64,000 bases of DNA, taken from the sequence record SRR20825006_1517, one strand, 5' to 3'. Below, piece by piece: positions 17,847-27,896 of the stretch (position 1 is its first letter; each line of letters opens with the position of its first letter). Below the pieces are notes generated by a model that worked only from the letters and a program-made list of their open reading frames with translations, made no database searches and was not told the DNA's origin. A program made the position numbers and the translations under genes.

Positions 17847-19400
17847 ATGTCAAGAACAGCAACTGCTTTTGGAATAGAAGAAGCCCTAAAAGAATTGGGT
17901 CTGAACGAAATAAACAATGGTACTTCCACAGGAAAAGATTGGTTTTCCAATGGGGACATCATAGAATCGTATTCTCCGGTTGATGGAGCCCTTATCGGGA
18001 AAGTAAAGTCAACAACCCGGGAAGATTACGAAAAGGTAATTACCTCCGCCCAAACAGGTTTTAAAAAATGGCGTACCATGCCAGCTCCGCAAAGAGGGGA
18101 AGTGGTTCGAAAGTTTAATGATGAACTGCGTAGGTTGAAGGAGCCTCTTGGTAAATTGGTGTCTTATGAAATGGGCAAAAGTTATCAAGAAGGACTGGGA
18201 GAGGTACAGGAAATGATTGACATTTGTGATTTCGCCGTAGGCCTATCCCGACAATTGCACGGATTGACCATGCACAGTGAACGCCCCGGTCACCGCATGT
18301 ACGAGCAGTATCATCCGTTAGGAGTGGTCGGTATTATTTCCGCATTTAACTTCCCGGTAGCTGTTTGGTCTTGGAACACGGCTTTGGCCTGGGTCTGTGG
18401 AGATGCCTGCATCTGGAAAGGTTCCGAAAAAACACCAATGACCTCGGTTGCCTGCCAAAATATTGCTGCACGCGTATTTTCTGAAAATGGAGTACCGGAA
18501 GGTATTTCTTGTTTGATTACCGGCGATTATAAAGTTGGCGAATACATGACCAAAGATGAACGAATCCCCTTGATTTCTGCAACAGGGTCTACCAGAATGG
18601 GGAAAATAGTGGCCAAAACTGTGGGGGAAAGACTAGGAAAGTCATTGTTGGAGCTCGGCGGGAACAATGCCATCATCGTAACACCCGATGCCAATATAAA
18701 AAACACAGTAATCGGTGCCGTTTTCGGTGCAGTGGGTACTTGCGGACAGCGCTGTACCTCTACTCGTAGGTTGATTGTGCACGAAGACGTATATGACAAG
18801 GTCAAGAATGCCATTGTGGACGCGTACAAGCAAATCCGTATTGGTAATCCTCTCGACGAAAACAACCATGTTGGGCCATTGATCGATAAAGATGCCGTAA
18901 AAAATTATTTGAACGCCCTAGAAAAAGTAAAGACCGAAGGAGGTAACATCTTGGTTGAAGGAGGAGTTCTGGAAGGTGAAGGTTATGAAAGTGGTTGTTA
19001 TGTGAAACCCGCCATCGCTGAAGCTGAAAATCATTTTGAGATTGTCCAGCACGAGACTTTTGGCCCTGTCCTATACATTTTAAAATACAGTGGTGATTTG
19101 GAAAATGCATTGGATATGCAAAATGGGGTAAGACAAGGTCTATCATCGGCCATAATGACGAACAACTTAAGGGAGGCCGAACGATTCCTATCCGTTGAAG
19201 GTTCGGATTGTGGAATTGCCAATGTGAATATAGGTACTTCCGGAGCTGAAATTGGTGGTGCCTTTGGTGGTGAAAAAGAAACTGGTGGTGGTAGAGAAAG
19301 TGGTTCCGACGCATGGAAAGTGTATATGCGAAGACAAACAAACACAATCAACTACACTACCGAGCTACCGCTCGCACAGGGTATTAAGTTTGATCTATAA
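17847..19400 (+). CDS. Aldehyde dehydrogenase, ALDH7 (aminoadipate-semialdehyde/piperideine-6-carboxylate dehydrogenase) type
   Basis: SAFNFPVAVWSWN, LELGGNN, GQRCT and GGEKETGGGRESGSDAWK motifs. Confidence 0.9.
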   Translation: MSRTATAFGIEEALKELGLNEINNGTSTGKDWFSNGDIIESYSPVDGALIGKVKSTTREDYEKVITSAQTGFKKWRTMPAPQRGEVVRKFNDELRRLKEPLGKLVSYEMGKSYQEGLGEVQEMIDICDFAVGLSRQLHGLTMHSERPGHRMYEQYHPLGVVGIISAFNFPVAVWSWNTALAWVCGDACIWKGSEKTPMTSVACQNIAARVFSENGVPEGISCLITGDYKVGEYMTKDERIPLISATGSTRMGKIVAKTVGERLGKSLLELGGNNAIIVTPDANIKNTVIGAVFGAVGTCGQRCTSTRRLIVHEDVYDKVKNAIVDAYKQIRIGNPLDENNHVGPLIDKDAVKNYLNALEKVKTEGGNILVEGGVLEGEGYESGCYVKPAIAEAENHFEIVQHETFGPVLYILKYSGDLENALDMQNGVRQGLSSAIMTNNLREAERFLSVEGSDCGIANVNIGTSGAEIGGAFGGEKETGGGRESGSDAWKVYMRRQTNTINYTTELPLAQGIKFDL

Positions 19401-19538
19401 AAAAGAAAAGCCGCCCATTTGGACACAGTGCCAAATGGGCAGTCTTTAAAACCAACTTAACTAACTCAAACTTAACTTTAAAACCCTATTTCAGTGCCGG
19501 ATCATTGTCGGGAGAAACAGGGTTCTTCACTTAATGTT
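19400..19538 (-). ncRNA. Candidate small RNA (5' hairpin, GU-rich tract, terminator)
   Basis: Stem AACCCTGTTTC/GAAATAGGGTT, then GTTAAGTTTGAGTTAGTTAAGTTGGTT, then terminator GCCCATTTGG/CCAAATGGGC plus TTTTCTTTTT; no minus-strand gene feeds into it. Confidence 0.5.
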
Positions 19539-19761
19539 GAATTCCAAATTTCAAAATATTTAATGGAGAAATTAAGAGGTATGTTACAATTGGTTCTGAA
19601 AAGTGTATAGTTGGTGTATTTTGTTTTATCCTTTGTTTTTTGATTTTTCCTACAAAATCAGATTGTTTTTACAAATAGTGTGGTTTTCGAGCGTTTTATT
19701 TAATTTTTTAAGATTTTTTTGGTACTTTAAATAAGAACTACGCACAGTTGATTCAACGACT

Positions 19762-20319
19762 ATGGATTTGTTAAGTTCTACTATATGGTATTGGGTAATT
19801 TTGGCCGTTACAGGGATAGTTTCGGGTGTCTTGGGATATGTTTTTGGAAAATCAGACACTTCTTCCTCTTCAGATAAATCTATTGAACTGAATATACTGG
19901 AAATTGAAAATGCCAAATTAAAATCGGACCTTGATACTTGCAGAAAACGTTTGGATTCCAATCATACCAAAAGCTTTAAGTTTGATTCTAAAATAAAGTT
20001 TTCAAAAAACGAAGATTTCATTTTTCACGTAAACGAAGCCAAAGCCATTTATGGAAAGAGTATCAAGGAAAATGATCTAAAGCTTATCGAGGGAATCGGG
20101 CCCAAAATCGAAGAACTCTTCCACAATTTTAACATCAAAACATGGAAAAGCCTATCAGAAACCCCGGTTGATAAATGCCAAGAAGTGCTTGACTCAGGTG
20201 GAAGCCGATACCGCATACACGACCCGGCCTCTTGGCCCATGCAAGCAAAAATGGCCTACGAAGGCCATTGGGAACAACTATTCGATTGGCAAGAAAAGCA
20301 TAAGGCAGGAAAATATTGA
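19762..20319 (+). CDS. Membrane-anchored protein with helix-hairpin-helix (DLKLIEGIGPK) domain
   Basis: N-terminal transmembrane segment, coiled coil, NDLKLIEGIGPKIE...WPMQAKMA. Confidence 0.8.
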   Translation: MDLLSSTIWYWVILAVTGIVSGVLGYVFGKSDTSSSSDKSIELNILEIENAKLKSDLDTCRKRLDSNHTKSFKFDSKIKFSKNEDFIFHVNEAKAIYGKSIKENDLKLIEGIGPKIEELFHNFNIKTWKSLSETPVDKCQEVLDSGGSRYRIHDPASWPMQAKMAYEGHWEQLFDWQEKHKAGKY

Positions 20320-20343
20320 TGAAACAAAGACAGACCTGTCTTT

Positions 20344-21339
20344 CTACATCATTCCGTTGGCCTCTACCCATTTAAAGGTGTACTGTTCTTGCGAAAATTG
20401 CATGCGTTCTGAAATTCTTTGCAGGCGCTCAGGGAGCTTCATCAAATACACCCTAGCTTTCTCCGCTTGGTCGGAAAGTCCACGAAGATTTCCAATATCC
20501 CAATAATCGTTCAACTTTTTCAGGATATCGATATAATCCTGCGCCGTATATACTCCCAAACGTTGTGCGCAATTGGAAAACTGCTCAAAGGCTTCACCAA
20601 TGCTTCCACCAGATTCCCTTAAAAAATGGGCGGGCATTACAATCTTTTTCTTCATCATATCTGCAAAGGCCAATACCATTCCATCAGGATCTTGCCCCAT
20701 AATGGTCTTTACAAATTCACGATAGGCCAAATGATGCCTCATTTCATCTCCAGCGATGATGGTACACATTTTGGCCAACAACCCATTTCCTTTTTGCTTG
20801 GCCATCTTCCCGACACGCTTATGTGATATATTGGTGGCCAATTCTTGAAATGTAGTGTACACAAAGTTCTTATATGGATCTCTGTCAGTTCCAATGTCAA
20901 ATCCATCGGAAATTAGGTGTTGCGTAGTAATTTCTATTTCACGCATGTTCACACGGCCTGATAGGTACAAATATTTGTTCAGGACATCGCCATGGCGATT
21001 CTCTTCCGCTGTCCAGGCACGCACCCATTTGCTCCAGCCGTTTTCTTTTCCACTATGTTGATCTATCCCTTCAACATCCATTAACCAAGACTCATATGTA
21101 GGTAGGGCCTCTTCTGTTATGGTATCGGCAACCAAGGTCACCCAAAAATCATATCCGAGTTCCTTGGCCTCACCGCGAAGCTTTTCAACCTCATCAAAAA
21201 ATTTATCACTTTGGGAATCCGGCAAAAAATCTGTGGGCTGCCATATTTTTTCGGTCGGAATAAGAAACTCGTTCATAAAACCGTCAACCTTGGGCTCAAT
21301 GGCCTGCATCACTTCCAATCTTACATTCTTTATCGACAT
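20344..21339 (-). CDS. Acyl-ACP desaturase (soluble di-iron)
   Basis: WQPTDFLP, TEEALPTY, WTAEENRH, QELAT and DEMRH motifs. Confidence 0.93.
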   Translation of the reverse strand: MSIKNVRLEVMQAIEPKVDGFMNEFLIPTEKIWQPTDFLPDSQSDKFFDEVEKLRGEAKELGYDFWVTLVADTITEEALPTYESWLMDVEGIDQHSGKENGWSKWVRAWTAEENRHGDVLNKYLYLSGRVNMREIEITTQHLISDGFDIGTDRDPYKNFVYTTFQELATNISHKRVGKMAKQKGNGLLAKMCTIIAGDEMRHHLAYREFVKTIMGQDPDGMVLAFADMMKKKIVMPAHFLRESGGSIGEAFEQFSNCAQRLGVYTAQDYIDILKKLNDYWDIGNLRGLSDQAEKARVYLMKLPERLQRISERMQFSQEQYTFKWVEANGMM

Positions 21340-21380
21340 ACTACGGGGTTTTTTACAAAGGTCTTTATAATTTAATGAAT

Positions 21381-22112
21381 TTAAATCAAATTTCTTCCTC
21401 TTTCTCCTGGATAAAATTTATGGACCGGATCACTTTGCCAAAATTCTTTGGTTTCTACATCCAATATCGTCAAACCGCCTTTAAAAGCAGCTCCTGTATC
21501 CACGTTCCAAACATTGGCCTTGTTCTGTGGTTTTACAAACTCTTTCTTGGAAAGCGGAGTGTGGCCAATATAAACCTCTTTGTAATGTGTCAGTCGCTTC
21601 GGGTACTTGGCATCCGTTGGTCCAAGATCGGGGTCCATGGCCGTGGCCAACTCCCATAATGTTCTGTCCCAATAAAAAGATTGCTCAAAATATTCGTAAT
21701 CTATTCCCTTGAGGTTGGTGTAGCCTGCATGCAGATACAATCTGTTATCATTCTCCAAATAATAATTTTTGAGACTTTTATAAAACTTGATATGCTCGTC
21801 CCATTTGTTCCTATCAGCATTTAGATAACTGTTTCTTGTAGCAGTTCCACCATGGGCCAACCACTGCGGGTTTTCATTTTGGTCGACCAGCCAGGCCCTG
21901 CAAAGTTCATCATGGTTGCCCCTAATAAATGTGCAATGGTAATCGTTTTGCAGTTGAATCAAAAAGTCCACGGTTTCCACTGCCGTGCTCCAGCCATCAA
22001 CATAATCGCCCAAAAAAATAATATGATCTTTCGGAGTTATTTTGGCTTTTGTCAAAAGTTGTTCCAAAGCCCTTACCCCGGAATGGATGTCGCCCACTAC
22101 CAGTGTTCGCAT
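21381..22112 (-). CDS. Metallophosphoesterase (ApaH/PPP-like)
   Basis: GDIH, GDYVD, RGNHD, HAG, GHTP and DTGA motifs. Confidence 0.92.
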   Translation of the reverse strand: MRTLVVGDIHSGVRALEQLLTKAKITPKDHIIFLGDYVDGWSTAVETVDFLIQLQNDYHCTFIRGNHDELCRAWLVDQNENPQWLAHGGTATRNSYLNADRNKWDEHIKFYKSLKNYYLENDNRLYLHAGYTNLKGIDYEYFEQSFYWDRTLWELATAMDPDLGPTDAKYPKRLTHYKEVYIGHTPLSKKEFVKPQNKANVWNVDTGAAFKGGLTILDVETKEFWQSDPVHKFYPGERGRNLI

Positions 22113-22264
22113 AAAATAGTTTTTGACAATATTACATACAAATGGTTTGCCGATGAAAAATCATGGCGGCTTTATCTCGCATTTAACCTAGAATTCAAAT
22201 AAACCTAACCGTTTTTTGGACATGGTATTATTTTCTATGTACCTTAGAATATTCCGAAAACGAT

Positions 22265-23209
22265 ATGAAAAAAGTATACTGCATTGGCGAAGTGTTGATA
22301 GATTTCGTTGCCGAACGACAAGGAAGCGACCTTTCCAAAGCAAACCAGTTCACTAAAAAAGCAGGTGGAGCACCAGCCAATGTGGCCTGTGCCATTTCCA
22401 AACTGGGAGGTAACGGAATTTTTATTGGTAGCGTTGGGAATGATCCCTTTGGCAAATTTCTTTTGAAAACCTTAAAAAATGAAGGGGTTGATGTTTCGCT
22501 CACCCAATTATCCGATACGTTTACAACTCTTGCCTTTGTTTCCCTCTCGGAAGATGGCGAACGTGATTTTGTTTTTAGCAGGGGAGCCGATAAAGAACTA
22601 AAATACAATCCAGACCTGCGGAAAAACCTTCCAGGAAACATTCTTCACCTTGGAGCAGCGACCGCACTTTTGGGTGGGCCTTTGGAAAAAACATACGGCA
22701 GATATCTTTTTGATGGGCTTACCAAGGATATGTTCATTTGTTTTGACCCCAATTTTAGAATCGATCTCTGGAAGGATGATGAGGAAACTTTTATAAAAAA
22801 GTGCATGCCATTTGTGGAAAAATCCCATTTGTGCAAGTTTAGTTCCGAAGAGGCCCAACTTATTTCAGGAAAGGAAGATTTACATGATGCTTGCGATGCC
22901 CTGCATAAGGTAGGAACAAAAATAATCACCGTTACTTTGGGAAAAGAAGGGACCTTGCTGAGCATGAACGGCAACAAAAAAGTAATTCCCAGTGTAAAAG
23001 TAACCCCTGTTGACACCACAGGTGCCGGCGATGCCTTTATCGGATGCCTATTATACCAAATTTCAGATTTGGGCAATTTTGAACCTGTTTTCGAGGATTT
23101 CTCATTGCTTGAAAAAATGGTAGCTACCGCCAACAAGGCCGGTGCCATTACCACTACTAATTACGGAGCCATTGTGGCATTGCCCACCAAGGACCAGCTC
23201 GATAAATAA
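22265..23209 (+). CDS. PfkB-family carbohydrate kinase (fructokinase-like)
   Basis: GGAPANVA, DPNFR and DTTGAGDAF motifs. Confidence 0.92.
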   Translation: MKKVYCIGEVLIDFVAERQGSDLSKANQFTKKAGGAPANVACAISKLGGNGIFIGSVGNDPFGKFLLKTLKNEGVDVSLTQLSDTFTTLAFVSLSEDGERDFVFSRGADKELKYNPDLRKNLPGNILHLGAATALLGGPLEKTYGRYLFDGLTKDMFICFDPNFRIDLWKDDEETFIKKCMPFVEKSHLCKFSSEEAQLISGKEDLHDACDALHKVGTKIITVTLGKEGTLLSMNGNKKVIPSVKVTPVDTTGAGDAFIGCLLYQISDLGNFEPVFEDFSLLEKMVATANKAGAITTTNYGAIVALPTKDQLDK

Positions 23210-25129
23210 ATGAACCAAGCCAGCTTACATAAACTAATTCCCCAGACAGAAAAGGATGCCAAAAAGCTCTTTGAGCTGCGATTGGCCACCAACCTTACCT
23301 TGATTCAAAAGCAGTTCTTCTCCTTATATACCGAAGAGCATCACGAAAAAGATTTTCAGAAACTGTTGAAGCTTCTTCCGAAGTTGTTTGAGGAAAGGCC
23401 CGACCACTTAAAAAAACAAGATCTTGAGCGTATCAACGCAGCAAATTGGTACCAGTCCGAAAAGCTCATGGGGATGCAGCTTTATGTAGAGCATTTTAAT
23501 AAAGACCTTAAAGGACTTCAAGAAAAAATACCCTATTTCAAAAAACTTGGAATCAACTTTCTGCATCTAATGCCCATTACTACCCGGCCCAAAGGAGAAA
23601 GTGATGGGGGCTACGCGGTAAACAGCTATCTGGAGGTGGACAAAAAATACGGTTCCAAAGAAAATCTCCTGGAATTGACCAAGGCCTTTCGCAAAAATGG
23701 TATCTACTTGATGCTTGATTTTGTGGTCAACCATACCTCCGACGAATTTTCGTGGGCCAAAAAAGCGAAGAAAGGGGATAAAAAATACCAAGGCTACTAT
23801 TACACCTACGAAGATTTTACAATTCCGGCCGAATTTGAAAAAACCCTGCCCGAGGTGTTCCCAGAAACATCACCCGGTAATTTTACTTACATCCCCGAAA
23901 TGGAGAAGTGGGTAATGACGGTCTTCAACAGTTATCAATGGGACCTCAACTATACCAATCCCGAAGTATTTCTGGAGATGCTCACCAACTTGGTAAAGCT
24001 AACGGATATGGGCGTGGATGTGGTGCGTTTTGATGCCCTTGCCTTTCTCTGGAAAAAAATCGGGACCATTTCCCAAAACTTGCCAGAGGCACACAACCTT
24101 ATCTCCCTCTTCCGGATGTGCCTGCAAGTGGTGGCCCCAGGTTCCATTCTGTTGGCAGAGGCCATTGTAGCACCAACCGATATCGTAAAATATTTTGGAG
24201 AAGAAGAGAAAAGGGGCAACGAATGTGAAATTGCCTATAATGCTTCCTTGATGGCTCTCTTATGGAACTCCATTGCCACAAAAAAAACACAATTGCTTTA
24301 TAAAAGTTTGATGCACGTTCCACCCAAACCACAAGATTGTACGTGGATCAATTACATTCGTTGCCATGACGATATTGGATTGGGGTACGAAAACCATCTG
24401 ATCCAAGAACTGGGTTGGAATCCCGAAATGCATAGAAAATTTTTGCTGGACTATTATTGCCAACGATTGGATTGGTCGCCTGCCACGGGACTGCTTTTTA
24501 TGTACAACCCAAAAACGGGAGATGGTCGCATCACGGGAAGTGCAGCTTCTTTATTGGGACTTGAAAAAGCCATCAAAACCAAAAACGAAGCGTTATTGGA
24601 AGAGTCGGTAAAGAAAATTGTTCTGCTGCAAGGCATCACATTGGCTTTTGGCGGCATTCCGTTGATCTACGCTGGGGACGAAATTGGAACACTGAACGAC
24701 TACTCCTTCCAAAATGATGCTTCCAAAAAAGGGGACAGCCGATGGGTGAACCGCCCGATGCAGGATTGGGAAACCATCACAAAATTGGACAAGGAGGTTT
24801 CACCCCAATCCAGAATATTCCACACCCTTCAGAGGCTCATCAAAATAAGAAAGGAAAACTCCGTTTTTGCCGACCATAACAATCTTGAACTGTACCATAC
24901 AGGAAATGACCATGTTTTTTCTTTTGAAAGGCCAGAGGACCAAAAAGGGCTATTGGTCATCTGTAATTTTGATGAAAACCCACAAGTTATTGATAGTGCC
25001 TGGATCAAAAAATTGGGGTATTTCAGTAAAGGAGAGCCGTTGGATTTGGTATCCGGTGAAAAAGTGGGCTTGAACAGTGCTCTTTTGGAACTAATGCCCT
25101 ACCAGATGCTCTGGCTAATGAAGTCCTAG
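23210..25129 (+). CDS. Amylosucrase / sucrose hydrolase (GH13_4-like)
   Basis: DGGYAV, VNHTS, QWDLNY, RFDALAFLWK, AEAIV and RCHDDIG motifs. Confidence 0.88.
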   Translation: MNQASLHKLIPQTEKDAKKLFELRLATNLTLIQKQFFSLYTEEHHEKDFQKLLKLLPKLFEERPDHLKKQDLERINAANWYQSEKLMGMQLYVEHFNKDLKGLQEKIPYFKKLGINFLHLMPITTRPKGESDGGYAVNSYLEVDKKYGSKENLLELTKAFRKNGIYLMLDFVVNHTSDEFSWAKKAKKGDKKYQGYYYTYEDFTIPAEFEKTLPEVFPETSPGNFTYIPEMEKWVMTVFNSYQWDLNYTNPEVFLEMLTNLVKLTDMGVDVVRFDALAFLWKKIGTISQNLPEAHNLISLFRMCLQVVAPGSILLAEAIVAPTDIVKYFGEEEKRGNECEIAYNASLMALLWNSIATKKTQLLYKSLMHVPPKPQDCTWINYIRCHDDIGLGYENHLIQELGWNPEMHRKFLLDYYCQRLDWSPATGLLFMYNPKTGDGRITGSAASLLGLEKAIKTKNEALLEESVKKIVLLQGITLAFGGIPLIYAGDEIGTLNDYSFQNDASKKGDSRWVNRPMQDWETITKLDKEVSPQSRIFHTLQRLIKIRKENSVFADHNNLELYHTGNDHVFSFERPEDQKGLLVICNFDENPQVIDSAWIKKLGYFSKGEPLDLVSGEKVGLNSALLELMPYQMLWLMKS

Positions 25130-26262
25130 GCATACCTGACCTTTCGCAATATCCGTTGCGACTCTTTCAAGGATTGATATACGTGGCTATCATATGCTTT
25201 TAACAGCGCCCGTGCCCCATCCATTTTATCCTTGGCCTCTTCAAAACCGTTCAAATAACAAATGAGGTATGTCGCGGGAAGGTGCGTCATATCCGTGTGT
25301 TCGGAATCCGTGAGGGGAATATGGCTTTCCAGTTTTTTGAGCAGGGCATTGTTCGTGTTGTACACGTGGTACAGCGTTTTCTTATCAAACTGTGGCGGTT
25401 CAAATATCAATTTGTTGTTGATGGTATACTTGCCATTGTCCGAAAATGTGATCGTCATCTCTTCCAAGGGGTAATATTTCTGTTGAGATCCCAAACCCAG
25501 TTGCACATATTCCAACGTTTTGAAAGAATCGTCATCATAATCAATGGTAATTTCATCCAAAGCCGAATAGAACAATTTTACCTGTTCGTTGATGAGCTCA
25601 ATATCCACCCTTGAATAGTAAATCTTTCCTTTTACTTTTTTCTTGTTCCCCGCCCAACAGACCACAAATTGTTCCTTGAACACTTTGTAATCGCTTGTTA
25701 AATCGGGATGCCTTGTATTGAAAAAATTCAACACGGCATCCAAAGTATACTCTATATTGTTCCGAGCATGCTGCTCAATGGTGGCTACCTTTTCGGAATT
25801 GATGTCCTTCAACGTTATATCAAAAGCTTTGGGCAGGCTGATGCTTCCTTCACGAAAGAAAACGGCTCCCCCGTAGTACTTCCAGATATTTTTGCGCAGG
25901 GCACAGACCTTTCCGTTCGATCTAATGGTGACCAACCCGACCACCTTACCTTCGGGCAAGTGGGGAAAGGGAATATTTTCATAGGAAATCAGAGGTGGGT
26001 TGTCCAAATAGGCATTGACAAGATTTTGGATTTTGCTGTCATCAAAAAAATCGACGCCAACAATTGTATTGTCCTCATCCTCCACTCCGATTACGATAAA
26101 GGAATTGTTTTTGGGGTTGCTGTTGGCCAAAGCGCAGACATGCTTTAAAAACTTGGCCTTGCCTTCCTTTTCCCCAATGGATATAAAACGCTTTTTGTCG
26201 TAAAAACTATTCTCATCGTTGTGGGCCAATAAGTTTTTTACGAGTAGGCGTTTATTGATCAT
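25126..26262 (-). CDS. Schlafen/AlbA_2 domain protein with flavobacterial C-terminal domain
   Basis: ENSFYDKK, CALANS and IVIGVEDE...VG motifs. Confidence 0.75.
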   Translation of the reverse strand: MINKRLLVKNLLAHNDENSFYDKKRFISIGEKEGKAKFLKHVCALANSNPKNNSFIVIGVEDEDNTIVGVDFFDDSKIQNLVNAYLDNPPLISYENIPFPHLPEGKVVGLVTIRSNGKVCALRKNIWKYYGGAVFFREGSISLPKAFDITLKDINSEKVATIEQHARNNIEYTLDAVLNFFNTRHPDLTSDYKVFKEQFVVCWAGNKKKVKGKIYYSRVDIELINEQVKLFYSALDEITIDYDDDSFKTLEYVQLGLGSQQKYYPLEEMTITFSDNGKYTINNKLIFEPPQFDKKTLYHVYNTNNALLKKLESHIPLTDSEHTDMTHLPATYLICYLNGFEEAKDKMDGARALLKAYDSHVYQSLKESQRILRKVRYA

Positions 26263-27014
26263 AGTTCCTTGTTCACAATTGTGCTGCTGGCCTGTGCTGT
26301 GGGCATTACCACAAGGTCGGCAATGTTCACGTGATATGGCCTCGTGACCACGAACAGGATAATATCCGCAATATCCTCAGGTCTTAGGGGTTGAAATCCT
26401 TTGTATACATTAGCTGCTCTTTCCGAGTCTCCCTTGAACCTTACATCGCTAAATTCCGTTTCCACCAAGCCAGGGTTTACGGCACCCACGCGAATTCCGT
26501 ATGCATTGAGATCTATACGCATACCTTGATTGATGGCATCCACGGCATGCTTACTGGCACAGTATACATTTCCATTAGGGTACACTTCCTTCCCTGCCGT
26601 AGAACCGATATTGATGATATGCCCCGATTTACGTTCCGTCATTTTCGGGATGATGGCCTTGGATATGTAGAGCAATCCTTTTACGTTAATGTCCAACATA
26701 GCATCCCAATCATCCGGGCTGCCCTTATCTATGGGATCCAATCCGTGGGCATTCCCAGCATTGTTGACCAAGATATCAATCTCGGAAAATTCCTTGGGCA
26801 AACTTTTGATGGCCGAGAAAACATCCTCACGATTTCTGACATCAAAATTAAGCGTGAAAATGGCCGTATCTCTTCCCAACGTATTTCTGAGTTGCTCCAA
26901 GCGCTCCTGTCTTCGCCCGCAAAGAATGAGATTGAAACCTTGCTTTGCAAAAAGTTTAGCCGTTGCTTTCCCAATTCCGCTCGTTGCCCCTGTAATCAGT
27001 GCTATTTTTGCCAT
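26259..27014 (-). CDS. Short-chain dehydrogenase (YdfG-like)
   Basis: TGATSGIG, NNAG, YCASK and PGLVETEFS motifs. Confidence 0.93.
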   Translation of the reverse strand: MAKIALITGATSGIGKATAKLFAKQGFNLILCGRRQERLEQLRNTLGRDTAIFTLNFDVRNREDVFSAIKSLPKEFSEIDILVNNAGNAHGLDPIDKGSPDDWDAMLDINVKGLLYISKAIIPKMTERKSGHIINIGSTAGKEVYPNGNVYCASKHAVDAINQGMRIDLNAYGIRVGAVNPGLVETEFSDVRFKGDSERAANVYKGFQPLRPEDIADIILFVVTRPYHVNIADLVVMPTAQASSTIVNKEL

Positions 27015-27023
27015 TTTCAATTT

Positions 27024-27896
27024 TTACGGAACATCATGTCCTTGACTTGCCACTAAAAGTGTAAACCAATCCTGAAGTTCCAGTTCTATTTTTACGGCCG
27101 CAGCCGATTGTTCAATTCTTTTCTTGTTCGTAGTTCCGATGACAGGGTGCACGTTGACGGGATGTTTTAAGATCCACGCCAAAAGCAACTGGCTTTCGGT
27201 TGCATTGTACTTTTCCATAAGGGGCGGCATCGCTTCTTTAATCCGCTCCACCTGTTCGTCGGTTTCCCTAAAAAAACTGCCCAACGGACTCCAGGCCATG
27301 GCCATTCTTTTGTTGGTGATGCAATCATCAAAGGTACCATCGTACATGGGGTCGTGGTGCGTTAAGGAAAACTCTACCTGGTTCCCTTCAACGGCAATGG
27401 CATTTTCCAACATGGCCACTTGGGAGGTCGTAAAATTGGACACCCCAAATTGTTTGATTTTCCCGCTTTGCAACAAATATTGGGCGGCCTCCGCCATTTC
27501 ATCGGGGTGCATCAGGGGACTTGGTCTATGCATTAAAAAGAGGTCTAGATAATCCGTATGTAATTTTTTCAAGGACTCTTCCGCCGACCAGATGATGTAG
27601 TCCTTATCATATTGATAATGATTGACTTTATTGTTCCTGCCGCGGGTCATCTGAATCCCACACTTGGTGATCAGTTGGATGTCCTCCCTTTTAATTTTGC
27701 TATCCTTAAAAGCGGCTCCAAAATCGCCCTCGGTAGAATAGCTGCCGTAAATGTCGGCGTGGTCAAAAGTGGTGAGTCCACATTCGATGCTGTGGTGCAT
27801 CAATTCGATCATTTCATTCTTGGAAAGTTTTTTTCCCCAACTTCCCCAGGTCATTGCTCCCGATATAATGCGGGAAAATTTCGTTGTCTGTTCCAT
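27024..27896 (-). CDS. Aldo/keto reductase (YdhF/YcsN-like)
   Basis: FDHADIYG, TKCGI, GVSNF and AWSPLG motifs. Confidence 0.93.
   Translation of the reverse strand: MEQTTKFSRIISGAMTWGSWGKKLSKNEMIELMHHSIECGLTTFDHADIYGSYSTEGDFGAAFKDSKIKREDIQLITKCGIQMTRGRNNKVNHYQYDKDYIIWSAEESLKKLHTDYLDLFLMHRPSPLMHPDEMAEAAQYLLQSGKIKQFGVSNFTTSQVAMLENAIAVEGNQVEFSLTHHDPMYDGTFDDCITNKRMAMAWSPLGSFFRETDEQVERIKEAMPPLMEKYNATESQLLLAWILKHPVNVHPVIGTTNKKRIEQSAAAVKIELELQDWFTLLVASQGHDVP

Noticed and set aside
19650-19961. 103-aa minus-strand ORF that could feed the 19.4-kb terminator
   Set aside because: It overlaps the convincing plus-strand gene at 19762 in antisense and has no protein-like features.
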